From Candidatus Multivorans sp. (lineage in GTDB: Bacteria > Acidobacteriota > Thermoanaerobaculia > Multivoradales > Multivoraceae), in contig OZ251997.1 of NCBI GenBank assembly GCA_965247095.1, positions 256,001-320,000 on the forward strand: 64,000 bases of DNA. Direction: 5' to 3'. Each line of letters starts with the position of its first letter. The first letter of the stretch is position 1. Under the pieces are notes generated by a model. The model was not told the DNA's origin. It searched no databases and was given only the letters and a program-made list of their open reading frames with translations. This document shows positions 46,444-56,300 of this stretch, one piece after another. Made by a program: the position numbers and the translations under genes.

Positions 46444-47531
46444 ACCCGGCGAACCTAAACATGGGCGGCGTCGCAGAGAGCGTTCGACGCGAAATGGAGC
46501 GCACGTTCCGCCGCAGCGTCAAGGGACTGCAGTACATCTCGACCGGCGATCCGGGCGTCGGGTTGACGCCGAAGGACATCGTCCACAGCCGCGGCACCCT
46601 GCGTCTGTACCACTACCGCGCCCGGGTCGACGAGGTCTACCGGACGCCGATCCTGCTGGTCATGTCCCTGATCAGCAAGCCCTACATCCTCGACCTGGCG
46701 CCGGGCCAGAGCTTTGTCGAGTTCCTGCTTGACCGCGGCTTCGACGTCTACATGGTCGACTGGGGCACGCCCAGGTCGGAAGACAAGCGGCTCCGGCTCG
46801 AGGACTACGTGCTCGACTTCATCCCGGAGTGCGTGGAAGCCGTTCATGAGCGCAGCGGCGAGCCCGACGTGTCGATGGTCGGCTACTGCATGGGCGGTCT
46901 GCTGGCGGCGCTCTACGCGGCTCTTCATCCCGACGCGGCGTCGGGCGGCCGGCTCAGCAACTTGGCCTGCTTCACGACGCCGGTCAACTACGACGGCATG
47001 GGCCTGTTCAAGACCTGGACCGACCCGGCCCACTTCGATGTCGACCGGATCGTCGACCGGTTGGGCAACGTGCCGCCGCAGATGCTCTACGCCTCGTTCA
47101 ACGCGCTGCGGCCGGCCTCCCAGGTCGCCGGGCGGGTGCGCCTCTGGGACAACATGTGGAACGACGAGTTCGTGACCTCCTACCGCAGGCTGCAACGCTG
47201 GGCGGCGGATCAGATCCCTTTCCCGGGCGAATGCTTCCGCCAGACGACGAAGGAGTTGCAGCAGCAGAATCTCTTGATGAAGGGCGAGTTCGAGCTCGGT
47301 GGCCGCGTGGTCGACCTGTCGAACATCCGCGTCCCCTTCGTTCACGTGGTGGCGGAGCACGACCACATCGTGCCGTACGAGGCGGCGCGGGACCTGGTGG
47401 GAATGGTCGGCGCCGAAGACAAGCAGGAGATCATGCTCAAGGGTGGCCACGTCAGTCTGGTCGCGGGCGCCAACGCCGTGCGCCGCCTGTGGCCGCGGCT
47501 CGAGGAGTGGTTGGCCGAGCGGTCGGTGTAG
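46440..47531 (+). CDS. phaC: PHA synthase, class III-type
   Basis: GLTPKD, KPYILDL, GYCMGG catalytic Cys, DHIVP, GGHVSL; 363 aa. Confidence 0.93.
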   Translation: MNPANLNMGGVAESVRREMERTFRRSVKGLQYISTGDPGVGLTPKDIVHSRGTLRLYHYRARVDEVYRTPILLVMSLISKPYILDLAPGQSFVEFLLDRGFDVYMVDWGTPRSEDKRLRLEDYVLDFIPECVEAVHERSGEPDVSMVGYCMGGLLAALYAALHPDAASGGRLSNLACFTTPVNYDGMGLFKTWTDPAHFDVDRIVDRLGNVPPQMLYASFNALRPASQVAGRVRLWDNMWNDEFVTSYRRLQRWAADQIPFPGECFRQTTKELQQQNLLMKGEFELGGRVVDLSNIRVPFVHVVAEHDHIVPYEAARDLVGMVGAEDKQEIMLKGGHVSLVAGANAVRRLWPRLEEWLAERSV

Positions 47532-47577
47532 GCCGCTTCCAAGCGAAGCACCTGGACTACTGAAGGAGGTCCACGGG

Positions 47578-47959
47578 ATGACTGAACAGAAGAACGAGGG
47601 CGGGGGCAGCTCTGCGCCGCGACATCCGGCACACCGAGGTCGTCGCCGAGATCCGGGTCGTGATCTCCGAGGCAGCGCGCGGCAAGGGCCTCGGCCGGCT
47701 GCTCGTGGAGCAAGCCTTCCAGGCGGCGGTCGCAGCGGGGATCGAGAAGCTCGTGGCCCGGATGACGCCGGATCAGAAGGGTGCGGTCGCGGCCTTCGAG
47801 GGGCTGGGTTTCGTTGCCGAAGGTCTGATGCGGAACCATGTGCGCGACCTTTCCGGCGAGACGCACGACCTCCTGGTCATGGGCCTGGATGTGATTGCGT
47901 TCCACCGCACCCTCGAGAGCTACGGCGTCGGCGAGGCCGCTGCCGCCGGTGGCGACTGA
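47578..47959 (+). pseudogene. GNAT acetyltransferase, internally deleted and frameshifted
   Basis: Strong AAGGAGGT RBS and ATG 47578 are out of frame with LRRDI..EVVAEIRVVISEAARGKGLGR...FEGLGF. Confidence 0.75.
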
Positions 47960-48044
47960 CGCCAGGAGCCGCGGCCGGCGCCACGGCGTGCCCCGGGCGC
48001 GCTACGATCCCGGTCCCGAACCGGTTCCCTGAGGAGAACGAGCC

Positions 48045-49583
48045 ATGCGAGACAACGTCGGACTGACCCTGACCAAACGCGCCTCTCTGTCGCCCGACAT
48101 GGAGGGCTTCATCGACGTGGAGACGGAGCGCCGTTTCACGTTCGCGGAGTGGAACCTGCGCTCGAACCGCACCGCCAATGCGCTACGGGAACTGGGCGTG
48201 GGCAAGGGCGATCGGGTGGCGCTGCTGTTGATGAACAGCGTCGAGTACATGGAGACCTTCTTCGCGGTCGCCAAGATCGGCGCCGTCTGTGTGCCGCTGA
48301 ACTGGCGGCTGACGCCTGAGGAGCTCTCGTTCATCATCCGCGACGCCGGCGCCGAGACCCTGGTCTTCGGCGACGAGTTCCAGGCCCAGGTCCTGGACCT
48401 GATCGCGCGCGGCGGCGGCGAGAACGGCACGAAGATCAAGAGGTGGGTCCACGTGGGTCCGGACGAGCAGCGGCCGGACGGCTGCCTCTCTTATCTCGAT
48501 GCCACCTCCGCGGCGAGCGACGCCGAGCCCGAGATCGGGGCGCAGGACGACGACCTGCTCTACATCATGTACACGTCGGGGACGACGGGCCTGCCCAAGG
48601 GCGCCGTCCACACCCACGAGTCGGCGCTGTGGGCCGCTCTGACGATCATGGCCAGTGCCGATACCCGCTACGGCGACCGCTACCTCGTCTCCCTGCCGCT
48701 CTTCCACGTCGGCGCCCTGACCCCGGCCACCGGCAATGTCCACCGCGGCAGCACCAGCGTCGTGATGAGGGCGTTCGATCCGGTGCGCACATGGCAGTTG
48801 ATCGAGGAAGAGAACATCGACGTCATGCTGAAGGTGCCGGCGATGCTCAACTTCATGCTCCAGGTGTACGACCCGGAGCGTTGCAAGCACGAGCGACTCC
48901 GCTGGTGCATGAGCGGCGCCGCGCCGGTGCCGGTCAGCCTGATCGAGGCGTACGAGAAGCTGGGCATCGAGATCCACCAGGTCTACGGGCTGACCGAGAC
49001 CTGCGGACCGGCCTGCCTGATCTCGCCCGAGGACGCCATTCGCAAAGCCGGCTCCACCGGCAAGGCCTTCTTCCACACCTCCGTGCGCGTCGTCGACGGC
49101 GACGGCGCCGACTGCGCCCCCGGCGAGGCGGGCGAGGTCCTGGTCGCCGGCCGCCACCTGATGAAGGAGTACTGGAACCGCCCCGAGGCCACCGCCGAGG
49201 CGATCAAGGACGGCTGGCTCTACACCGGCGACGGCGCCGTGATGGACGAAGACGGTTTCGTCTACATCCAGGACCGGCTCAAGGACATGATCATCTCCGG
49301 CGGCGAGAACGTCTATCCCGCGGAGCTCGAAGAGGTCATCGTCCGCCACCCCAAGGTCCTCGAGGTCGGCGTCATCGGCCGCGAGAGCGAGAAGTGGGGC
49401 GAATCCCCGGTCGCTATCGTCGTCCGCTCCGACGAGAGCCTCGAAGGGCAGGAGGTCCTCGACTTCTGCAAGGACAAGCTGGCCCGCTTCAAGCAGCCGG
49501 TCGCCGTCCACTTCATCGACCAGTTGCCGCGGAACCCGTCGGGGAAGATCCTGAAGCGGCTGTTGCGGGAGCAGTTCAACTGA
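48045..49583 (+). CDS. Long-chain fatty acid-CoA ligase
   Basis: YTSGTTGLPKG, YGLTE, GWLYTGD, IISGGENVYP, NPSGK. Confidence 0.95.
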   Translation: MRDNVGLTLTKRASLSPDMEGFIDVETERRFTFAEWNLRSNRTANALRELGVGKGDRVALLLMNSVEYMETFFAVAKIGAVCVPLNWRLTPEELSFIIRDAGAETLVFGDEFQAQVLDLIARGGGENGTKIKRWVHVGPDEQRPDGCLSYLDATSAASDAEPEIGAQDDDLLYIMYTSGTTGLPKGAVHTHESALWAALTIMASADTRYGDRYLVSLPLFHVGALTPATGNVHRGSTSVVMRAFDPVRTWQLIEEENIDVMLKVPAMLNFMLQVYDPERCKHERLRWCMSGAAPVPVSLIEAYEKLGIEIHQVYGLTETCGPACLISPEDAIRKAGSTGKAFFHTSVRVVDGDGADCAPGEAGEVLVAGRHLMKEYWNRPEATAEAIKDGWLYTGDGAVMDEDGFVYIQDRLKDMIISGGENVYPAELEEVIVRHPKVLEVGVIGRESEKWGESPVAIVVRSDESLEGQEVLDFCKDKLARFKQPVAVHFIDQLPRNPSGKILKRLLREQFN

Positions 49584-49635
49584 GGCGGTTCCGAACCAAC
49601 AGCACCATCGTTCAGCTCTCCTCGTTTGGGTCGGT

Positions 49636-51372
49636 CTAGTCCTCCCGCCCCACCCACCAGTTCCGTGTCCCCGGCCGGAACGCGGTGACGCCGGAGGGCC
49701 CGACGACGACGCCGCGCATCCGCTTGCTGAAGCCCCAGGTGGTGCTGTAGTTCCACAGGAACAGGACCGGCTGGTCGGCCTGGACCTGGGCCTGGAGTTG
49801 GCGCAGCAACTCCGCGCGGCGGTCGCGGTCGAGCTCCAGGCGGGAGCGGTCGAACAGGTCGTCGACCTTGGGGTTGCTGTAGCTGTCGTAGTTGCGGCCG
49901 TTGTCGATCGCTTCGGTGTGGAAGTAGTTGCGCCAGATGTCGGGGTCGGCGAAGACCTGGTAGGTGTCGACGTGGGCTGTCATCTCGTGCTGGATCAGGC
50001 GCGGCGAGCGGCTTGCGTTCTCCTGGATCTCGGTGTCGAAGGAGACGCCGATGCGGCGCAGGTCGTCGCGGTAGATGTCGACCATGCGGCGGGCGTCGAC
50101 GAAGGACTGCGGCAGGTTCATCATGAAGTGGAAGCGGACCTGCTCGCCATCGATCTCCTTGTAGCGCCAGCCGTCCTCGGGGTTGCTCAGCCAACCGGCC
50201 TCGTCGAGTAGAGCCGCCGCCTTGTCGAGGTCGTAGTCGATCGGTGCGATGTCCGGGTTGTGGCTCCAGTGGCTGGGCGGGAACATGCCGTTGGAGCGGG
50301 TGTAGACGTTCCAGCTCACCTGGCGCAGCACGCGTTCCGCGTCGTAGGCGTGAGCCATCGCGCGTCGCACCAGGACGTCGCCAAAGAACGGGTTGCTGCC
50401 GCTCTGGTTCCAGCCGATGTAGGCCTGCATCCATCGCGGCCCCCAGGCCTTGACGCCTACCGCATGGAAGTCCTCGTCGTTCGTCTGGCTGCCGTGCTGC
50501 TGGACCGTCAGCCAGATGTCGTCGAGGGTTCCCTTGCGGAACTGGAGCAGGGCGGCATTGCGGTCGCTGTGGGTGGTGATCACCTGCCGGCGAATCGGCG
50601 GCTTCTCGAACGGGTAGTCCTCCCAGCGCTCGACGGCGACGCGGTCGGCGTGGATCCACTCCACGAACCGGTACGGTCCGTTGCCGATGCCGAGTTCCCG
50701 CAGGTAGCGGTTGTAGTAGGCGCTGGAGCGCAGGGTCGGGTCGGCCGCCCGTTCCTCGGGGTTGTTCAGGATGTGGGCGGGAACGATGGGGAAGAAAAGG
50801 TTGTCGATTGTCAGAGCGGTGACCTGCCGGTGGACGACATCGAAGGTGATGTCGTCGATGATCCGGATGTCCTCGATCTCGCTGACCTTGTACTTGTGAT
50901 CCACGGCGGGCACGTTGTCGTCGCTGATCGCCTCCCAGGTGAAGCGGACATCCTCGGAAGTGAGCGGCGCGCCGTCGTGCCAGCGCAGGCCCGCATGGAG
51001 CCGGATGCGGTGGATCCGCCCGCCCTCGAGTTCTTCCACCTCGTCCACCATCGCCGGGTTCCAGACCGCCTCCAGCTTCGAGTTGCGGTGCGCGATCGGA
51101 TCGAACAGCAGTTCGTAGAGAAAACCGTCCGTCCAGGCACGGATGAACAGGGGGTTGAGCGAGGTCGGCTGGTCGAGCGAGTAGCGCGTGATCGTGGCGT
51201 CGGTGTCGACCCGTTCCGGGTCGAGCGGCGCGAAGAGGGAGTCCGGGTTCGCTACCGGGTCGGTGAGCGGGTCGTAGTCGAACATCGCGCTCGTCGCCGG
51301 GCTGCCGAGGTCCCCCATGCAGCCGGCGCACAGCAGCAAGGCGAGTGCGGCGAGGGCGAGTCGAGTGGTCAC
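49636..51372 (-). CDS. ABC peptide/nickel-family substrate-binding lipoprotein
   Basis: Lipobox LCAGC, WHDGAPLTSEDVRFT, IGNGPYRF, VRRAMAHA; GTG start overlapping upstream stop. Confidence 0.9.
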   Translation of the reverse strand: MTTRLALAALALLLCAGCMGDLGSPATSAMFDYDPLTDPVANPDSLFAPLDPERVDTDATITRYSLDQPTSLNPLFIRAWTDGFLYELLFDPIAHRNSKLEAVWNPAMVDEVEELEGGRIHRIRLHAGLRWHDGAPLTSEDVRFTWEAISDDNVPAVDHKYKVSEIEDIRIIDDITFDVVHRQVTALTIDNLFFPIVPAHILNNPEERAADPTLRSSAYYNRYLRELGIGNGPYRFVEWIHADRVAVERWEDYPFEKPPIRRQVITTHSDRNAALLQFRKGTLDDIWLTVQQHGSQTNDEDFHAVGVKAWGPRWMQAYIGWNQSGSNPFFGDVLVRRAMAHAYDAERVLRQVSWNVYTRSNGMFPPSHWSHNPDIAPIDYDLDKAAALLDEAGWLSNPEDGWRYKEIDGEQVRFHFMMNLPQSFVDARRMVDIYRDDLRRIGVSFDTEIQENASRSPRLIQHEMTAHVDTYQVFADPDIWRNYFHTEAIDNGRNYDSYSNPKVDDLFDRSRLELDRDRRAELLRQLQAQVQADQPVLFLWNYSTTWGFSKRMRGVVVGPSGVTAFRPGTRNWWVGRED

Positions 51373-52904
51373 CGGCACTCGGCCGAGCCCGCTCCGTCGA
51401 GCTGAACGGATCGGCCGCAGAACTCCTGCTCGCACATGGCGCGCAACGTGTCCCGATCCTCGACGTTCGCCCAGCTTCTGCGGCCGTCGGGCAGCCGGCA
51501 GGCCACGTGGGCGACGGTGGGGACGAAGCTCGGGGCTTCCCGCTCGCCGTAGACCGAGCGGTAGGAGGTGGTCGACTTCGCGCTGCCGCCGCCGAACATC
51601 ACGGCGTAGGTCTCGATCTCGGCCGGACCGGCGTAGCCGGTGACCGCTTCGCGCTTGGGGAGAGCATGGACCTCGTCTGTGAGGTCCTCGTGACGGTAGG
51701 GCCGGGCCGGCTCTTCGTTGCTGTAGACGCCGAAGGAGTGCTTGGTCAGCATGCCGCCATTCGCGGTGACCAGGGCCCGGCCGCCGTCCTTCTCGCGCAG
51801 GAGTTCGGCGGTGCGGGCGATCGAGTGCATGACGTAGCTGTTGAGCGGACCGCCGCCGAAGGTCAGGCCGCCGGTGACGGTGAGCGGGCGCTGCGGGTCG
51901 AGACCGAGCTCCCGGGCGGCGACCTGCACCGAACTCGGGAAGCAACTGTAGACGTCGACGAAGTCGAGGTCGGCCACTTCGACGCCTGCGAGTTCGAGTG
52001 CCCTACGGCCGGCGAGACGGATCGCGGGCGATGAGTAGAGGTCGTCGCGTTCGGAGACGAAGTAGTGATCGACGGCGTCGGTGCCGGAGAGCGGGAAGAT
52101 CATCTTCGAGCGTGGCACCCCCAGCGCCCGTGCGACGTCGAGCGAGCAGAGCACGAGCGCCGCCGCCATGTCGACCCGCATGTTCGCGTTCATCAGCTTG
52201 GTGTAGGGGTAGGTCACGGCGCGGTTCGCGGGCGACACGGTGCCGATCTCGGCGGCGGTCAGAGGACGCCTGATCCAGGCGTTGGGGTTGTCCTGCGCGA
52301 CCTGGTTGAAGCCGGCCCAGAGCTCCGCGATCCGGGCCCGATGAGCGTCTACTGCCTCGCCGTTTCGGTGCCGCAGGGCGATCTCGAACAGGGAGTAGTA
52401 CTGGACCGCCTGCTGGATGCCGCAGGCCATCTCCATCTCGTGCCGCGTCCAGCGGGTGTCGCCGTAGTTTGTGTCCGGCAGCTTGGGTGGGTCGTCGTCG
52501 ACGAGCCAGTCCAGGTCCACGCCCATCTTGCCCGCCCGCCCCATCGTCCGGCCGCATTCCGCCGCGCAGAGCACGACGACTTCGCGGCGCCCGCCCTGGA
52601 TGTCGAGCGCGGTCTGGTTGAAGACCGCCTGGACCTGGTTGCCGCCGACCACGGACAGCCCGGTTTCGGCGCCGTGAAGATCGAGGGCCTCGATCACCGC
52701 GAGGGCCGGGTTCCTGTAGCCCCAGACCCCCTTCATCGCGCGCACCGAGCCGATCCGCCCGGGCAGCCCGGGGGCTTCGGCGTCGTCGACCGCGTTCCGC
52801 ACGGCCTCGATCATCAGTTCGATCGGCGGCCGGGCCTCGGCTGGATCGTCGGCGCGCTGCAGGACCTGGGCGACGCCGACCAGAACGGGGGTGCGTTGGG
52901 TCAT
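51369..52904 (-). CDS. Thiolase-like protein (acetyl-CoA acetyltransferase family)
   Basis: PVLVGVAQ, DVYSCFP, LTVTGGLTFGGGP, ANGG..TKHS. Confidence 0.85.
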   Translation of the reverse strand: MTQRTPVLVGVAQVLQRADDPAEARPPIELMIEAVRNAVDDAEAPGLPGRIGSVRAMKGVWGYRNPALAVIEALDLHGAETGLSVVGGNQVQAVFNQTALDIQGGRREVVVLCAAECGRTMGRAGKMGVDLDWLVDDDPPKLPDTNYGDTRWTRHEMEMACGIQQAVQYYSLFEIALRHRNGEAVDAHRARIAELWAGFNQVAQDNPNAWIRRPLTAAEIGTVSPANRAVTYPYTKLMNANMRVDMAAALVLCSLDVARALGVPRSKMIFPLSGTDAVDHYFVSERDDLYSSPAIRLAGRRALELAGVEVADLDFVDVYSCFPSSVQVAARELGLDPQRPLTVTGGLTFGGGPLNSYVMHSIARTAELLREKDGGRALVTANGGMLTKHSFGVYSNEEPARPYRHEDLTDEVHALPKREAVTGYAGPAEIETYAVMFGGGSAKSTTSYRSVYGEREAPSFVPTVAHVACRLPDGRRSWANVEDRDTLRAMCEQEFCGRSVQLDGAGSAECR

Positions 52905-53177
52905 CTGGGCTGCGAGCCTGCGCGACAGAACGACACGAAGTGAGTTCTGTGGCGCGGGGTTCTGGTGAGGTGGGGGATGGGGCCAAACTCCGAGCCGGCG
53001 AGGCGTTTGGCGGCGCTTGCCTGCCGGGCCGGCTGAACGTTGTCGGATGAGGATCCGCGATCGGTGAGTGTAGCTTGCCGGTCGCTTCGCTGCCGCGCCC
53101 GTTGGCTAATCGCTACGGGGGACGCGGCGTTGATCGCGCTCCCGGATGGCACGGTGGTGCGGCCGGTCTACAACCGG

Positions 53178-53951
53178 CTCGCCGGGCACGTCGCCGACGA
53201 AAACGAGGTCGCGCTTCCCGGCGCAACGGTCACCGTCAGTTCGCCCCTACCTCATGGGCTCGCGCACCGAGCTCAGCGACGAAGGCGGCCTGGTTCAGCG
53301 GCCACAGCGGCGGCGACCACGAACTGCGGCTCGGAGTCGACTATGGCGATGTGGGTTACCGCAGGCAGGGCAACCTGACCGGCGGCGGCCTGTTCCTGAC
53401 CTGGGGCGGCCGGCCCTTCAGGTACCTTGTGCAGCCGCTCTCGGGTCCGACCGAGACGGAAGGACGCCTGGTGACCGCGTATCTCCAGGACACGTGGCGC
53501 CCGACCCATGAACTTACGCTCAAGTTCGGTGTGCGGAGAGACGAGGTGTCGTTCACCAACGACATCGGCAACAAGGTCGCGGATATGGCCAAGCTGCAGC
53601 CGCGGCTGGGTCTGGCATGGGACGTCACCGGGAACGCGAAGGTGGTTCTTCCTGCGTTCCTTCGCGGGTGAACCGAACCGGATCGCCGACGGCCTCAAGC
53701 CGACGTTCGCGGAAGAGGCGATCGTGGGTGTGGAGATGGAGGTCGCGCGCCGGACGTCCAGCGGGCTGACCTACGTCGACAAGGTGACGTCGGACATCTT
53801 CGAGGACACATGCAGCGGCAACTGGCCGACTCCGACGCCGATCGCCGACTGCACCCGTTCGAGAGGGTGCCGGCGCGACATCGAGGTGGGCGACCCGACG
53901 CGCTACCGGGAGCCCCGGCGATTCGAGGCCGGCGTGCGATTCGAGTTCTGA
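53178..53951 (+). pseudogene. Remnant of an Oar-like TonB-dependent receptor with several deletions and frameshifts
   Basis: ALPGATVTVSSP, then AYLQDTWRP..LQPRLGLAWDVTG, then PRRFEAGVRFEF-stop, in changing frames within ~0.8 kb. Confidence 0.8.
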
Positions 53952-54043
53952 GCCCGTGGTGCGGCGGCGGGTGGAATGGGGCGCCGGCTCCCCGGTTGAC
54001 AGCGCTGCGCTAACGTTGCCGGGCTCGGCACCGGCCCCCGCAC

Positions 54044-55786
54044 ATGCTCACCAAGCTCACGATCCGCAACTTCAAGCGCTTCGAGGAGGTCGAGATCCAA
54101 CTCGGCAACCCCGTGGTGTTCGTCGGACCGAACAATTCAGGGAAGACATCGGCGCTGCAGGCGCTCGCGCTTTGGGATCTCGGCCTGAAGCGCTGGAACG
54201 AGAAGCGGGCGGGTCAGAAGGCGCCGGAGAAGCGGCCGGGGGTGGCCGTCAACCGGCGCGACCTGGTGGCGGCGCCGGTGCCGGTCGCGAATCTACTCTG
54301 GCGCGACCTTCACACGCGGAACGTCCTCGTGGAGAACGGCAGGCAGAGAACGGAAAACGTTCGCGTCGATGTGATTGTCGACGGCCACGACAACGAAGGC
54401 GCCTGGTCGTGCGGCTTGGAGTTCGACTACGCGAATGCGGAGTCGTTCTATTGCCGCCCGCTGAGGCTGAGCGTCGGGCGGACGCCGAAACGGATGTCCG
54501 TACCGGAGCAGGCGAGTTCGGTGCGCCTTGCCTATCTGCCGTCCATGTCAGGGCTGGCTGCGAACGAGGCACGCATCGACCCGGGGGCGGTCAACGTTCG
54601 GTTGGGCGAGGGGCGTACTTCGGAAGTGCTGCGCAACGTCTGCCATCGCCTTCATACGGAGCAACCGGACGCCTGGGACTCAGTGGTTCAGACGATCGTG
54701 CGGTTGTTTGGAGTCCAGATCGCCCCGCCGCGTTACGTTGCGGATCGAGGCGAAGTCGCGATGGAGTACCGTGAGGGGCGGGTGCTGCTTGATCTGTCGT
54801 CAAGCGGCATAGGACTGCAGCAGACTCTCATGCTGCTCTCGTATCTTGCTCTGAATCCGAGAACGGTTCTCTTGCTCGACGAACCGGATGCCCATCTGGA
54901 GACACTGCGCCAGCGTGAGATCTACTGTTTGATCCGTGAGGCCGCCGAGGAACACGACAGTCAGATTCTGGTTGCCAGTCATTCCGAAGTGCTGCTGAAT
55001 GAGGCCGCGGGCGCCGACATGGTCATCGCCTTCATCGGAGAACCGCATCGGATCGACGCCGGTCCTAGCCAAGTCACGAAAGCGCTTCGCAGTATCGGTT
55101 TCGACCAGTACCTTCAGGCTCGACAGACGGGATGGGTTCTCTATATCGAGGGCTCCACCGATCTTGCCATTCTCCAGGCGTTCGCCAAGAGGTTGGACCA
55201 CAAGTCTGCCATGAGAGCGTTAGAACGTCCGCTTGTGAGTTACATCGGCAACCAGTTCTCGAAAGCAGAGTCTCATTTCTTCGGCCTGCGGGAAGCCTGG
55301 CCTCACCTCCGCGGTATCGCGATCATGGATGAGTCGGATCGAGAAAGAGACCCGGGCGGAGGGCTGGTGCGAAGCCTGTGGCGGCGTCGAGAGGCCGAGA
55401 ACTACCTCTGCACGCGGGCGACGCTTGAGTCCTTTGCGTCCGGGCTTGCGAAGGAGATGGCGCTTGGACCCCTGTTTGAGACCGCTGAAGTCAGTCGCAG
55501 GGTCGATCTGATGCGCCGGATGATCTCGGAGGTCGAGAGCGCGTTGCTGCGGCTCGGCCGCCCGCCGCCATGGAGTGCTGAGTGCAAGGTCAGCGACGAT
55601 TTCCTGGCGCCCCTGTTCGAGGGGTACTTCAGTGAACTCGGAGAACCGAACCGCATGACGAAGGCGAACTTCCACCGGCTGGTCGACTGCGTGCCGGAAG
55701 AGGAGGTCGACCCTGAAGTGGTGGAGAAGCTCGACTTGATCGCCAATGTTGCGGCGGCCGCCGAGGCCGCGCGCGACGACGCCTGA
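54044..55786 (+). CDS. ABC-type ATPase with C-terminal TOPRIM domain (OLD-family-like nuclease)
   Basis: GPNNSGKT, LLLDEPDAHL, ASHSE, YIEGSTD, RREAENYL. Confidence 0.85.
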   Translation: MLTKLTIRNFKRFEEVEIQLGNPVVFVGPNNSGKTSALQALALWDLGLKRWNEKRAGQKAPEKRPGVAVNRRDLVAAPVPVANLLWRDLHTRNVLVENGRQRTENVRVDVIVDGHDNEGAWSCGLEFDYANAESFYCRPLRLSVGRTPKRMSVPEQASSVRLAYLPSMSGLAANEARIDPGAVNVRLGEGRTSEVLRNVCHRLHTEQPDAWDSVVQTIVRLFGVQIAPPRYVADRGEVAMEYREGRVLLDLSSSGIGLQQTLMLLSYLALNPRTVLLLDEPDAHLETLRQREIYCLIREAAEEHDSQILVASHSEVLLNEAAGADMVIAFIGEPHRIDAGPSQVTKALRSIGFDQYLQARQTGWVLYIEGSTDLAILQAFAKRLDHKSAMRALERPLVSYIGNQFSKAESHFFGLREAWPHLRGIAIMDESDRERDPGGGLVRSLWRRREAENYLCTRATLESFASGLAKEMALGPLFETAEVSRRVDLMRRMISEVESALLRLGRPPPWSAECKVSDDFLAPLFEGYFSELGEPNRMTKANFHRLVDCVPEEEVDPEVVEKLDLIANVAAAAEAARDDA

Positions 55787-55820
55787 TGCGGCAGTCGCCG
55801 CAACGAGCGGAGCGAATCGA

Positions 55821-56230
55821 ATGCCGCAGCACCCGTTCGACCACGGCGCGCTGATCCTGCGTGACGAGAACCTGGCGGCGTGGCCGCGGACGAGGAGGTC
55901 GTACGCGACCAGCTCGCCGAGTACTACGGCCTGATCACCCACCTCGACGAGCAGGTCGGGCGAATCCACCGCCAGTTGTTCGATCTCCAAGACGACCCCG
56001 GCGAACTGCGGAACCTGATCGCTGAGCCGGAGTACAGCGAGACCGCCGCCCGCCTCGATGCGCTGCTCGAAGGCTGGCGAGCAGCCATGGGCGATGCCGC
56101 ACCGCTCTGGGTCCCCGAACCGGCACCCCTACGCCGCGACCTCACCGGCACCGAACGCAAGCCCGACCGCTGGCAGCCGGAGTGGATCGTGGAGAAGTAC
56201 TTCGATGTGCCGGCCGTCGGAGACGGGTAG
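55821..56230 (+). pseudogene. Sulfatase C-terminal remnant
   Basis: MPQHPFD...RDENLAAWPRT, frameshift, YYGLITHLDEQVGRI joined to QLFDLQDDPGELRNL; no CxPxR N-terminus. Confidence 0.8.
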
Positions 56231-56254
56231 GTTCTGGATTCCGCCTGCGGCGGG

Positions 56255-56281
56255 GCGGGCGAGACGCCCGCGTTCCCAGGG
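56255..56281 (-). repeat. REP-like motif, family C, intergenic copy
   Basis: Reverse complement CCCTGGGAACGCGGGCGTCTCGCCCGC is identical to 60850-60876. Confidence 0.8.
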
Positions 56282-56300
56282 GGCGTGCGTGCCAGCGTCG

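Noticed and set aside
53996-54016. TTGACA promoter for the OLD-like gene
   Set aside because: No -10 element at a usable spacing
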